Below, one piece after another: positions 9,735 through 19,782 of a stretch of DNA of 64,000 nucleotides. The DNA is taken from positions 480,001-544,000 of the forward strand of contig CAVRVY010000001.1 in the NCBI GenBank assembly GCA_963724765.1. Reading direction: 5' to 3'. Source of the DNA: an uncultured delta proteobacterium. Its GTDB lineage: Bacteria; Desulfobacterota; Binatia; Binatales; Binataceae. Positions within the stretch are counted from its first letter, which is position 1, and every line of letters starts with the position of its first letter. The position numbers and the translations under genes were made by a program. The notes below the pieces were generated by a model. It saw nothing but the letters and a program-made list of their open reading frames with translations, had not been told where the DNA came from and made no database searches.

Positions 9735-11219
9735 TCACATCGCCATGGAGCCACTGGCTGACACGTCCATCTGCTTGGTCGCGATCGGATGGCCGTCCTT
9801 CGACGCGGAGATCGTCAGGCTCCAGGTGCCTCCGCTAGGCAGTTCGACATTCGCGGCGTACACACCGTTTCCTTGATCATCTGCGGCGCTTTGCGCACGC
9901 ATCGCCGCCATTCCCATTGCCGGCATCGCCGCCATATACAAGGACACCGTCACTTGCGCGCCCGAGATCGGCGCGCCCGTGGAATCGTGCAGCGTCACGA
10001 TCGCTTTGTTGTGGCCGCGCACCATAGGAGTCGGGTCGCTCGCGAACTCGATGCTGGCTCGGGGAACAGCTTCGGCCGTCTGTCCAGCGGCACTGGCGCC
10101 GATGCCCGCCGGAGGCGGCACGAACGCTCCCGCAGCCGCTTGGAGCTGACTTTCCGAATCGATCAGAAAATTCGCGGAGCTGACGATCTGCTGACCCGGC
10201 GCGAGTCCCTTGAGCACTATGAATTCGTCGCCGACATGCTGTCCCAACTCGACTTCGGCGGGAGTAAGGTACCCGTCGCCGCGGTCGATGAAGGCGACGT
10301 TGTGCGTGCCGGTGCGCAGAACACCGGCGTCCGGGATGACGGTTTGCTCGCCCATCGGGAGGTCGAGAGCAACGTGAGCGAACATCCCCGGAAGAAGCTG
10401 GCCCTTTGGGTTGTCGAACTCGCATCGGACCTTAGCGGTGCGAGTCATCGGATCGATTTGCGGCCAGATGAAATCGACGCGGCCGTCGAAGCTCGTGCCC
10501 GGGTATGCGTCGACGGTAACAGTCGCAGGATCGCCGGAACGGACTTTGCCGATCTCGTCCTGAAACACTGCCGCGTAGATCCACACCTTCGACAGGTCTG
10601 TGATCGTGAACAGGCGCGTGTCCGGCTGCACGTACATGTTGGGCAGCGCGTTACGCTCGACGATGTATCCGCTCATGGGCGAGTCGATTTCGACGGCACG
10701 GCGGACTGAGCGCTCGCGTTCCAGCCGCGCAATCTCGCGCGGCGACACTCCCCAGAGCTTGAGACGTTCCGCGGCGGAATCCACCAGCGATGAGGCATCG
10801 GTGGTTACATCGGCCACGGAGCTATCCTCGACGCGCTTGCGAGCTTCGAGGGCGAGCAAGTATTCGTTCTCGGTGCTCAGGAGGTCCGGGCTGTAAATCG
10901 TAAACAGCGGCTGGCCGCGGCGGACGTGTTGATATGTCGAATTCGCAAACACCTGCTCGATCCAACCGGCGAAACGCGTTTGTACGTAGCCTTGCAGTCG
11001 TTCGTCGGTCTCGATGTTCCCGGTAGTCTCGAGGCGGTCATTCACGTCCTTTTGCACCACGGTCGCGAACTTGAGTCCGATCAATTGCCGCCGCTCCGGT
11101 GTGATCCGGATTGGAGCAAGCTGGGAATCAGCTCCGAAAGCGATTGGCGTCGCGAGGGGCAAAAGCAATGCCAGCGCCACGACTATGCCGAGTCGGTGTT
11201 GTGAAGATGTGCGATTCAT
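9735..11219 (-). CDS. cusB: CusB-type RND periplasmic adaptor with C-terminal Met-rich YtkA/FixH-like domain
   Basis: G.IE, V.RGQPLF.IYSP.L, LPGMF, SANFLIDSESQL; extra domain with MAAMPAMGMAAM and GVY...GTW. Confidence 0.9.
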   Translation of the reverse strand: MNRTSSQHRLGIVVALALLLPLATPIAFGADSQLAPIRITPERRQLIGLKFATVVQKDVNDRLETTGNIETDERLQGYVQTRFAGWIEQVFANSTYQHVRRGQPLFTIYSPDLLSTENEYLLALEARKRVEDSSVADVTTDASSLVDSAAERLKLWGVSPREIARLERERSVRRAVEIDSPMSGYIVERNALPNMYVQPDTRLFTITDLSKVWIYAAVFQDEIGKVRSGDPATVTVDAYPGTSFDGRVDFIWPQIDPMTRTAKVRCEFDNPKGQLLPGMFAHVALDLPMGEQTVIPDAGVLRTGTHNVAFIDRGDGYLTPAEVELGQHVGDEFIVLKGLAPGQQIVSSANFLIDSESQLQAAAGAFVPPPAGIGASAAGQTAEAVPRASIEFASDPTPMVRGHNKAIVTLHDSTGAPISGAQVTVSLYMAAMPAMGMAAMRAQSAADDQGNGVYAANVELPSGGTWSLTISASKDGHPIATKQMDVSASGSMAM

Positions 11220-12520
11220 TTTCGGTCACCGATCACTTGCTGGATTTTGGCGATCGCGATCTCGTGGTCGGCGAGGCTGCGGTAGTACTCTTGGCGGAGG
11301 TTCTGCAAATCGAGAACCGACGAAAGCAGCGTCTGGAAATCGACTTTGCCGACTCGATACGCAGCCATAGCCGAGGCCTCGGACGTTTCAGCCTGCGGAA
11401 TCAGACCGTCGCGATAGATGGACATGATTCGTTCCGAAGTGTGCATAGCGATCAGACTGCTTTCTCCTGCGGAGGAGACTTGCAGTTGCGTTGCACGCGT
11501 CTGCGCGCGGGCGGACTCGGCCTCAAGCGCGGCCTGCTCGATCGCGGGCGTTTGCCTGCGCCAGAAATAGAGCGGAACCTTCGCGCCAAGGCTCAGCATG
11601 TAGTAGTCGCGAAATCCGGGGCCGGTTTTTTGATAGGAATAACCGACGGTGAAATCCGGCCAGTACCCCTGACGCGCGAGCTTCAACGTGTCCGAGCTGC
11701 GTGCTTCCATCGCGCGATCCGCGGCGAGGTCGGGGGAGCCGACGTCGGCCAGCTGCGCGAGCTGCGATGTGCCGAGCTGCAGATGCGTCGCTTCGACCTC
11801 GCCGATGTCGATATTGCGCGAGTCAGAATCGCGCCCGAGGATCTGCTTGAGTTCGAGCTGTTCCTGGTCCTCTTCCTGATGGTGAATCGCGTGCTCCTTC
11901 AGGATCTCGGTGGTCTTAAGCTGCGCTTTGATAAGGTCCTGCTGCAGGCCTTTTCCAACGCGGTAGCGGGTTTCCGCGATCTGCTGGATCTGCCGGAGCT
12001 CCTCCTGATCGCGATCGAGAATCTTGAGCGTCCTTCCGTGATAGAAGAGCTCGTAATAAATCTCTTTGACCTTTTCCTCGACTTCGCGCTCGGCGGCTTC
12101 GTAGCGATACCGGGCGTAGTCGGCGTCTCTTTCCGCTTCGGACTTCTGCAAGCGAAACTTGCCGGGACCCGGGATGTCCTGTGAGGCACCGAAGCCGGTG
12201 TAATAAAAGTCGCTGCTCTCATAACCCGAGAATGGCTGCGGACTTCCGACCGTGAAATGCTGGAGCGACACCTGCGGATCGGGTAGTGTCGCCACCTGGA
12301 TCGGCACGCGAGTGAGCGCCTGCCAGTGCTCTCGCGCGGCGATTACGCCGGGATTGTTAGCAACCGCCTCCCGCACCAGAGCATCGAGGTTCGACGCCGT
12401 ATCTCCGGTTAGAAGCGGAATAGTTTGTGCATTCGCTTGCGATATCGGAGCACATGCGATCGCAACCAGAATCAGGATCACGGCGTGCCGCTTCGCGACA
12501 AGCCGACCAAGTCTCTCCAT
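11216..12520 (-). CDS. TolC/CusC family outer-membrane efflux protein
   Basis: Signal peptide, NNP, LPDP, Q.IPGPGK and YRVGKVDF repeats; overlaps the cusB start. Confidence 0.9.
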   Translation of the reverse strand: MERLGRLVAKRHAVILILVAIACAPISQANAQTIPLLTGDTASNLDALVREAVANNPGVIAAREHWQALTRVPIQVATLPDPQVSLQHFTVGSPQPFSGYESSDFYYTGFGASQDIPGPGKFRLQKSEAERDADYARYRYEAAEREVEEKVKEIYYELFYHGRTLKILDRDQEELRQIQQIAETRYRVGKGLQQDLIKAQLKTTEILKEHAIHHQEEDQEQLELKQILGRDSDSRNIDIGEVEATHLQLGTSQLAQLADVGSPDLAADRAMEARSSDTLKLARQGYWPDFTVGYSYQKTGPGFRDYYMLSLGAKVPLYFWRRQTPAIEQAALEAESARAQTRATQLQVSSAGESSLIAMHTSERIMSIYRDGLIPQAETSEASAMAAYRVGKVDFQTLLSSVLDLQNLRQEYYRSLADHEIAIAKIQQVIGDRK

Positions 12521-12676
12521 ATAACCACCTGGATCGCGTTAGGCCGTCAGACCATCGGCGCTTCACGCCGAGGCGAAGGTCCTACTTGAAATTCAAGACA
12601 GACGCCGCGGTATTTGCTGGTGACCAGCGAATACGGCTGCGCGAGCCTCAGGGACAGTCCGCGATCGCGACGGTGG

Positions 12677-13030
12677 TCAGATTTGTCGAGAACAGAGCAG
12701 CGAGAGGGGATCGAGATTGAGATAGAGATCCTGATGCCAATCGAATTGAAGCGGCGAATTGATCGACACCGCGGATTTCAGCCGAACCATCGTGATTATT
12801 GGCGGTTCCACCGCAGGCGTCGGCATCGATGACAGGAGAAGCGCGCTCGAGGTATCAGTCGAAATATTGCAGCAACTCACCGTGCCAGTGTCGCTATTCC
12901 ACGGACAGATCGTCGAGCAACAATTCCCGGATACAGCTTGAACGGGAGAACAGGCGGCGCCCGCGGTGATCGCCGGAAGCGAGCTGGCAAACACTAAAAT
13001 CAGGAGCACGACTGAAAGTATGCGCCGCAC
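12677..13030 (-). CDS. Small Cys-rich membrane/secreted protein leading the cus operon
   Basis: N-terminal hydrophobic helix, C..CC..C..CC cluster, Pro-rich linker, C-terminal LSLLCSRQI; same strand, directly upstream of TolC. Confidence 0.6.
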   Translation of the reverse strand: MRRILSVVLLILVFASSLPAITAGAACSPVQAVSGNCCSTICPWNSDTGTVSCCNISTDTSSALLLSSMPTPAVEPPIITMVRLKSAVSINSPLQFDWHQDLYLNLDPLSLLCSRQI

Positions 13031-13203
13031 GCGATCAACCTATTCGAGTTGAAGATTGCCGACAAGGCTCCGGAAGTCGAGGCGTGGTTCTCGGCCTCCT
13101 TCGGATTTCGACTCTAAGCGGAATGAACTTCCCACGGCGCGCGCCGAAGCTGACATCGTCCCCAAGGTCTTTACTGCCGTTCGTGGTGAGACTGGATCTC
13201 TCG

Positions 13204-14297
13204 TTATGAAGACGGGACGATAGTTCCTATTGAGTGGGCGTAAAACTTCCTTTGCATCCAGCGGGCTACGTCCACCAAGCCGATCATCACCGGTACTTCT
13301 ATAAGGGGTCCGATAACCGCGGCGAACGCTGCGCCACTATTAATCCCAAACGTCGAAACGGCAACCGCTATCGCGAGTTCGAAATTGTTTGACGCAGCGG
13401 TAAAAGAAAGTGTCGCAGTCTGCGGATAAGTTGCTCCGGCCGCCCGACTCAGGACGAACGACAATGCAAACATGATCGCGAAATACAGCAGCAGCGGGAC
13501 GGCGATGCGGACCACATCAAACGGAAGTTGGAGGATAGCGGCGCCCTTAATCGAAAACATCACGACGATCGTGAAAAGCAGAAAGATCAAGGTGAGCGGG
13601 CTGATCTTCGGAATGAAGTGCTGCCGGTACCAATCTTTCCCTTTCAAGCTGGTTAGGACTTTCCATGTCGCGAAACCCGCGACGAACGGAACGCCGAGAT
13701 AGATGCCGACGCTTTCAGCGATATCGGCAATCGTTACGTGCACGGTCGCTGCGGTGAGGCCGAGCCATCTGGGAAGGACCGTTATGAACACGAACGCATA
13801 AATCGAAAAAACAGCACTTGGAAAATCGAGTTGAAGGCGACTAAGCCGGCACAGTAATCGGCATCGCCCTCGGCCAAATCGTTCCATACGATGACCATCG
13901 CGATGCAGCGGGCTAGACCGATCAGGATTAGTCCGACCATGTACTCCGGCCGGTCGCGCAGAAAGACGATCGCGAGGCCAAACATCAGGATCGGGCCGAT
14001 GATCCAGTTCTGGACCAGCGAAAGAGTTAAAATCTTCCAGTTCCCGAACACATCACCGAACTCGTCGTAGTTCACCTTCGCGAGCGGCGGATACATCATC
14101 AGGATCAGACCGATCGCAATCGGAACTGAGGTCGTTCCGACAGTCAGGCGATCGAATGTGATCTTCACACCGGGAAAGCTGCTACCGAGCATCACGCCGA
14201 CGGCCATGGCGAGAAAGATCCAGAGCGTCAGATATCTGTCCAAAAAGGACAGTCTTCGCAGCGTCGGCGCGTTCGCAAGCGTTAGAGTGGCGCTCAT
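13204..14297 (-). pseudogene. acr3: ACR3 family arsenite efflux transporter split by a 1-nt deletion (real or sequencing error)
   Basis: [41 protein letters not shown]; adding one T to the T6 run (plus-strand A at 13806-13811) restores QVLFFSIYA. Confidence 0.9.
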
Positions 14298-14517
14298 TCG
14301 TGGGCTCCTATCCGCACGGCACGGGCCCGGACAGGCCCAAAAATCCGTATCTTTCAGACGTTCGCAGAATTTTACTCCGGTACATCAACCGAGCGAATCC
14401 GCCATCACGAATTCCAGTTCTGCGGAACGAAGCATTCCAAGATCTTGAGGGCTTTCCGACGGTCATGGCTGCTTAACGTAACGTACGGTCGATACTAGGA
14501 GTTGTGAATCCTATCAC

Positions 14518-14537
14518 GATTTCATATATATGGAATC
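14518..14537. promoter_or_regulatory. Probable ArsR operator palindrome GATTTCAT-ATAT-ATGGAATC
   Basis: Near-perfect inverted repeat abutting the arsR ATG, between divergent acr3 and arsR. Confidence 0.65.
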
Positions 14538-15365
14538 ATGACAAAAGCAAACGTCGTCGCCGCATTGGCCGCGCTCGCACAGGAGACTCGTCTTGATATC
14601 CTCCGCCTTTTGGTCGAGCGAGGTCTCGAAGGAATGCCCGCCGGAGAAATTGGTGAGCGCCTGAAGTTGCCTTCGCCTACCCTGTCATTCCATCTCAATC
14701 AGCTCAGGCACACCGGCCTGGTAACTTCGCGCCGGCAGAGCAGGCTGATCATCTACGGCGCCAAGTTCCGCACGATGAATGGCCTGATCGAATATCTCAC
14801 CGAGAATTGCTGCGCGGGCGAAGCGAGCAATGCAATTCACGGCCGCCCAAAAGGCGTAGCGCCCGGACGCGAATTGAACGTTCTCTTCCTGTGCACCAAC
14901 AACTCCGCTCGCAGCATTATGGCGGAGTGCGCAATGAATCGATGGGGCGGCGGCAAATTTCACGCTTTCAGCGCCGGCAGCAAGCCGCGCGGAACCGTTC
15001 ATCCGATCACCCTCCAGGTGCTGGAAGAACTTAATTACGAGACGGAGGGATTGCGAAGCAAAGACTGGAACGAGTTTGCTCAGCCCGACAGCGCACCCCT
15101 TGATTTCGTTTTTACCCTCTGCGACCGCGCCGCGGCCGAGATCTGCCCGACCTGGCCGGGCCAACCGATAAGAGCGCATTGGGGCGTTCAGGATCCCGTT
15201 GTAGTCGCCGATACGAACGGGGCGAAGCGAAAAGCGTTCGTCAAGGTTTACGCCGAGTTGGAGCAGCGCATCAGAATCTTCACTGCTTTGCCCATCGAGA
15301 CGCTCGAGCGTTTCGCCCTCGAACGCTGGGTGACCGAACTCGGCAAATTGAATCTGGCTGCGTGA
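14538..15365 (+). CDS. arsR-arsC: ArsR regulator fused to an LMWP-type (thioredoxin-dependent) arsenate reductase
   Basis: [19 protein letters not shown] (C-terminal vicinal-Cys ArsR type); then [16 protein letters not shown]....CP and HWG..DP. Confidence 0.92.
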   Translation: MTKANVVAALAALAQETRLDILRLLVERGLEGMPAGEIGERLKLPSPTLSFHLNQLRHTGLVTSRRQSRLIIYGAKFRTMNGLIEYLTENCCAGEASNAIHGRPKGVAPGRELNVLFLCTNNSARSIMAECAMNRWGGGKFHAFSAGSKPRGTVHPITLQVLEELNYETEGLRSKDWNEFAQPDSAPLDFVFTLCDRAAAEICPTWPGQPIRAHWGVQDPVVVADTNGAKRKAFVKVYAELEQRIRIFTALPIETLERFALERWVTELGKLNLAA

Positions 15366-16429
15366 TGGAGACAGGAGCGGCCTTGCCTGTACGCGTTGGC
15401 ATTAACGGGTTTGGACGGATGGGTCGGCTCGCATTGCGCGCCGCGTTCGACAACCCCCAGATTCAGATTGTCCATGTCAACGAGTTGAAAGGCGGCCCCG
15501 GGACCGCCGCTCACCTGCTCGAATTCGATAGCGTGCATGGCCGCTGGCGCGTGCCGATAGCACCGGAAGCGCACGGGCTCAAAATAAACGGCGATCGCGT
15601 CGGCTACAGCAACTTCAACGCTCCAGGCGCAGTGCCGTGGGACCAGGCCGGGATCGAAATCGTTCTCGAATGTTCGGGCAAGTTCCTTACTCCGGAGGCG
15701 TTGCAGCCGTATTTCCAGCGGGGTGTCCGCAAAGTGGTGGTAGCCGCGCCGGTAAAGCAGGGCGCGCTGAATGTCGTGATGGGCGTCAACGATCAGTTGT
15801 ATGACCCTGAACGGCACCACATAGTCACTGCCGCCTCGTGCACCACCAATTGCCTGGCCCCCGTGGTCAAAGTCATCCAGCAAAAACTCGGCATCCGGCA
15901 CGGCATCATCACCACCATCCACGACGTGACCAATACCCAAACGGTGGTGGACCGGCCTCACAAGGATCTGCGGCGGGCGCGGTCTGCGCTGATGTCGCTG
16001 GTGCCGACTACTACCGGCTCGGCAACCGCCATCGGTCTCATTTACCCAGAGCTGCAAGGGAAACTTAACGGCCTGGCGATTCGTGTTCCCCTGCTGAATG
16101 CTTCGCTGACCGATTGCGTTTTCGAGGTCGCGCGATCGACCACCGCGGCAGAGGTCAACAAATGCCTGCAGGAGGCGGCGGAGGGGGAACTCCGAGGCAT
16201 CCTGGGTTTCGAGGAACGTCCGCTGGTCTCGGTCGACTACGTGAACGACCCACGATCCTCGATCGTCGATGGCCCTTCGACCATGGTCGTCGACGGCACG
16301 CAAGTCAAAGTTCTGGCTTGGTACGACAACGAGTGGGGCTACGTAAATCGGCTGGTCGAATTGGCGACGAAGGTCGCCGCCAGCTTGTCTGCGATGCGGC
16401 GGAGAGCTGCAAGTTGTTTGGGACAGTGA
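15365..16429 (+). CDS. gap: ArsJ-associated glyceraldehyde-3-phosphate dehydrogenase
   Basis: [29 protein letters not shown] variant, WYDNEWG; TGATG overlap with arsC; directly upstream of arsJ. Confidence 0.92.
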   Translation: METGAALPVRVGINGFGRMGRLALRAAFDNPQIQIVHVNELKGGPGTAAHLLEFDSVHGRWRVPIAPEAHGLKINGDRVGYSNFNAPGAVPWDQAGIEIVLECSGKFLTPEALQPYFQRGVRKVVVAAPVKQGALNVVMGVNDQLYDPERHHIVTAASCTTNCLAPVVKVIQQKLGIRHGIITTIHDVTNTQTVVDRPHKDLRRARSALMSLVPTTTGSATAIGLIYPELQGKLNGLAIRVPLLNASLTDCVFEVARSTTAAEVNKCLQEAAEGELRGILGFEERPLVSVDYVNDPRSSIVDGPSTMVVDGTQVKVLAWYDNEWGYVNRLVELATKVAASLSAMRRRAASCLGQ

Positions 16430-17673
16430 GAAATGCCGTACGCAATTATGCCCTGGTCACTGGAGCCTACTGGGGCTTCACGCTCACCGACGGCGCTCTT
16501 AGAATGCTGGTGCTCTTGCACTTCGACCGGCTTGGATACAGCGCGGTCGAGATTGCTTTCCTGTTTCTGTTCTACGAATTTTTCGGCATTGTCACGAACC
16601 TGCTTGGTGGCTGGATAGCCGCGCGCTCCGGATTGAAAGTCACCCTGTACGGCGGTTTGCTTCTGCAAATCGTCGCGTTGATCATGCTCGCCTACCTGCA
16701 GCCGGCCTGGGCTCGATTGACCTCGGTCGCGTATGTCATGGCGGCACAGGCGCTCTCCGGAATCGCCAAGGACCTGACCAAGATGAGCGCCAAGAGCGCC
16801 ATCAAAGTCGTGGTCCCGCAAGGCGAGGACGGGGCCCTCTTCAAATGGGTGGCGCGGCTGACCGGATCCAAGAATGCGCTCAAGGGAGCCGGCTTCTTCC
16901 TCGGGGCGGCCCTTCTTACCGCACTTGGTTTTGTTGGGTCGCTCCTCGCGATGGCCGTGGGTCTCGCGATCGTGCTGCTCGGCACCGTGGCCGCGCTTCC
17001 GAGCGCAATGGGCAAGGCGAAATCGAAGATCAAGTTCACGACTTTGTTTTCTAAGAGCGCCGCGGTGAATTGGCTTTCCGCCGCGCGGCTGTTTTTGTTC
17101 TCTGCGCGCGATGTCTGGTTCGTCGTAGGGTTGCCGGTGTTCCTGGCCTCGACGCTTGGTTGGAGCTTCATGCAAGTCGGGGCCTTCGTCGCCGCGTGGT
17201 TCGTTGGCTACGGCATGATCCAGGCAATCGTGCCTGAAATTCTCCGTCAATTGGGCGCGCGTCAGGGCGTGACCGGAGACACAGCGCGCCTCTGGGCCTT
17301 CGTATTGACCGTCATTCCCGCTGCTTTGGCGTCGGCACTCGAGTTTGGCGCGCGGCCGGCTCCGGCACTTATGATCGGGCTCGGGATCTTCATGATCGTC
17401 TTTGCGATCAATTCCGCCGTGCACTCGTATCTTATTCTTGCCTACTCCGAAGACGATGAAGTCGCGACGAACGTGGGCTTCTATTACATGGCCAACGCCG
17501 GCGGCAGACTTCTGGGCACGCTGCTCTCCGGTGTGATTTTCGAAGCCTATGGATTTACCGGTTGTCTGCTGGCGTCGGGTTTGCTGGTGCTGGCTGCCGG
17601 TCTTTTGTCCTTCAATTTGCCTCGCGTCCGAGCAATTCCCCTGACCGTCAAATTGAAAGAGGCTGACGCCTGA
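16426..17673 (+). CDS. arsJ: Organoarsenical efflux MFS transporter ArsJ
   Basis: [61 protein letters not shown]; GTGA overlap with gap. Confidence 0.93.
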   Translation: MRNAVRNYALVTGAYWGFTLTDGALRMLVLLHFDRLGYSAVEIAFLFLFYEFFGIVTNLLGGWIAARSGLKVTLYGGLLLQIVALIMLAYLQPAWARLTSVAYVMAAQALSGIAKDLTKMSAKSAIKVVVPQGEDGALFKWVARLTGSKNALKGAGFFLGAALLTALGFVGSLLAMAVGLAIVLLGTVAALPSAMGKAKSKIKFTTLFSKSAAVNWLSAARLFLFSARDVWFVVGLPVFLASTLGWSFMQVGAFVAAWFVGYGMIQAIVPEILRQLGARQGVTGDTARLWAFVLTVIPAALASALEFGARPAPALMIGLGIFMIVFAINSAVHSYLILAYSEDDEVATNVGFYYMANAGGRLLGTLLSGVIFEAYGFTGCLLASGLLVLAAGLLSFNLPRVRAIPLTVKLKEADA

Positions 17674-17753
17674 GCTGAGGTCACGCTCCGTAAACATCGG
17701 ACCTGGAAGCTCGCGTCAGGTCCTCCAAGACCAAGCGATCGACGGAGAAGTTC

Positions 17754-18926
17754 GTGAAAAGTGAAGCTGCATTGAAAATAACAACTGCGGTTTTCCTGCT
17801 CGCTCTGTTGCCTACGTCAATACCTATTGCCGCAGCACAAACGGATCGGCTGGTGATAAATGGCGATGGCTCAACCTTCGCCTATCCAATGTACAGCAAA
17901 TGGATCGAGGAATATCAGAAGGACAATCCGGCGGTGCATTTCAGTTACGTTTCGAACGGCTCGGGCGCCGGCATCCACGACGTTATGCTGGGCACAGTCG
18001 ACTTTGCCGGCACTGACGGTCCGCTGAACAAAACACAGATGTTGGACTTCAGCACTCATCGGAACTGCGAGGTTCTCCACTTCCCGACCGCCCTGGGAGC
18101 GGATGTTCCCATATACAATATCCCGGGAGTGATTCAGGAGCTCAATTTCACTCCTCAGGCCCTCGCGGGCATATATCTCGGAACCATTACTAAATGGAAT
18201 GATCCCGAGATTGCCAAACCCAATCCGAACGTATCGCTGCCTGCCAACGATATTGTAGTTGTCCATCGGCAAGACGGAAGCGGAACCACCTACGTGTGGA
18301 CCGACTATCTAACCAAAGTCAGCTCGGATTGGCAGCAGCGTGTAGGAACCGGCATCTCGGTCATGTGGCCGGTTGGGAACGCGGCTAAGGGCAACGAAGG
18401 AGTTGTCCAGGTGGTCGCACACACGCCCTATTCGATCGGGTATTCCGAGCTCACGTATGCGGTCCGGAACCGGTTGCTCTACGGGAGCGTAGCCAACCGC
18501 AGTAGGCAATTCATCAAGGCCGATCTGGCGAGCGTCACTGCGGCTGCGGCGGGCGTCGCGGACAAGATGCCTGCGGATTTTCGCGTCTCGATTACCGACG
18601 CGCCCGGTGAAGAAGCCTACCCCATCTCGAGCTTCACCTGGATGCTGATACCTTCCGTTATAACCGACTCGGCGAAGCGCACTGCAATCATAAAGTTTCT
18701 GCGGTGGAGCTTGACCAAAGGCCAGGATTACCTCGAACCCCTGTCCTATGCCCGACTTCCCAGCGCCGTAATCGTCAAGGAAGAGAAGGCGATCGACAGA
18801 ATAAAATCGTCGAGCGGAAGGGAAGCAGCTCAAGAGAGTGCGAAAGTTGTTGCCACGCGAGGCGTCATTCAGAGGTACCACGACGCGATAGCGGTCTGCG
18901 ACATCAGAAATGCCAGTTTTGACTAA
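17754..18926 (+). CDS. pstS: Phosphate ABC transporter substrate-binding protein PstS (no pstCAB adjacent)
   Basis: G.GSTF.YP, GSGAG, DFAGTD, HR.DGSGTT, GNEGV and YPI..FTW motifs; signal peptide. Confidence 0.9.
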   Translation: MKSEAALKITTAVFLLALLPTSIPIAAAQTDRLVINGDGSTFAYPMYSKWIEEYQKDNPAVHFSYVSNGSGAGIHDVMLGTVDFAGTDGPLNKTQMLDFSTHRNCEVLHFPTALGADVPIYNIPGVIQELNFTPQALAGIYLGTITKWNDPEIAKPNPNVSLPANDIVVVHRQDGSGTTYVWTDYLTKVSSDWQQRVGTGISVMWPVGNAAKGNEGVVQVVAHTPYSIGYSELTYAVRNRLLYGSVANRSRQFIKADLASVTAAAAGVADKMPADFRVSITDAPGEEAYPISSFTWMLIPSVITDSAKRTAIIKFLRWSLTKGQDYLEPLSYARLPSAVIVKEEKAIDRIKSSSGREAAQESAKVVATRGVIQRYHDAIAVCDIRNASFD

Positions 18927-19022
18927 GAAGGCGCTCGCTTGAAAAGCCCGGCGCCCGGTGGACTCGCGGTTTCGGTTCAGAGTTCGACGCAAAAGTTCGA
19001 TCAAACCAATGAGAGAAAATTC

Positions 19023-19220
19023 ATGAAAGCCAGAACCCCAAATCTGAGTCAGAAAGATTGGGAACTCTGCTGCACCTATCTCGAGGAAATGAAGCAAAAG
19101 GGCCTTTCGACCCACGAACCATGGGAATTTGAACTTGAGGCCTGGGCGGCGGACCCAAATCGTCATCCGAGGGGATCCACGATCGCCAAGCTGCGCCTCC
19201 GCTTCTCCAACCGTGCGTGA
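19023..19220 (+). CDS. Small hypothetical protein with a vicinal Cys pair
   Basis: 65-aa ORF MKARTPNLSQKDWELCCTY... between pstS and arsR2; GAGAG upstream. Confidence 0.4.
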   Translation: MKARTPNLSQKDWELCCTYLEEMKQKGLSTHEPWEFELEAWAADPNRHPRGSTIAKLRLRFSNRA

Positions 19221-19337
19221 TGCAGAAATTCTCAACGCTGCTGCTCTCCCCACTGACACGGTACAACACTCACTAGGTTCGCGCTGGCACGACGGGTCAT
19301 CGTCTCGTGGCCGCCGCAGAAACTTGATCTGTCCCAC

Positions 19338-19357
19338 ATTTCTATGATACTAGAAAT
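19338..19357. promoter_or_regulatory. Probable ArsR operator palindrome ATTTCTA-TGATAC-TAGAAAT
   Basis: Perfect 7-bp arms ending 6 nt upstream of the arsR2 ATG; similar in size and composition to the 14518 site. Confidence 0.65.
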
Positions 19358-19363
19358 ATCGTA

Positions 19364-19762
19364 ATGAAGCGGCGAATCGAACAGTTCAGCGCCCTAGGCC
19401 AGGAGGACCGCCTGGAGATCTTCCGCCTGCTAGTGCGCGCGGGGCCGCAGGGCAACTGCGTCGACGAGATCAAGCGCCGGCTCAAGATGGCGGGCTCCAC
19501 CCTTTCCCATCATCTCGACGCGCTGACTCGCTCCGGCCTGCTCGCAGCACGGCGCTCCGGTCGCTTCATCTTCTACGCCGTCAACTGGCGCGAGACTGGG
19601 AACCTGATTCGCTTTCTCACCGAGGATTGTTGCGCCGAGATGCACACAAGGCTCGCTCAGACCGCTGGCTCACAGCCGCCAGATAGACGTGGCACCAATC
19701 AAGATTCGTGTTGCGAAGAGGATCAATCGGCCGCCACAAGCACCATGCGCATGCGGCCCTAA
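19364..19762 (+). CDS. arsR: ArsR/SmtB family regulator (second copy)
   Basis: ALGQE.RL.IFRLLV.AG, STLSHHL, FL.EDCC, plus a second C-terminal CC. Confidence 0.9.
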   Translation: MKRRIEQFSALGQEDRLEIFRLLVRAGPQGNCVDEIKRRLKMAGSTLSHHLDALTRSGLLAARRSGRFIFYAVNWRETGNLIRFLTEDCCAEMHTRLAQTAGSQPPDRRGTNQDSCCEEDQSAATSTMRMRP

Positions 19763-19782
19763 ACTGCTGGGAGGCGAGAAAA

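Noticed and set aside
14308-14466. 52-aa ORF directly upstream of acr3
   Set aside because: No RBS and no ArsD/ArsC-like motifs; cannot be distinguished from a chance ORF.
15179-16425. Long N-terminal extensions on gap (from 15179) and arsJ (from 16114)
   Set aside because: They overlap upstream genes out of frame; family homology starts at coupled starts 15365 and 16426.
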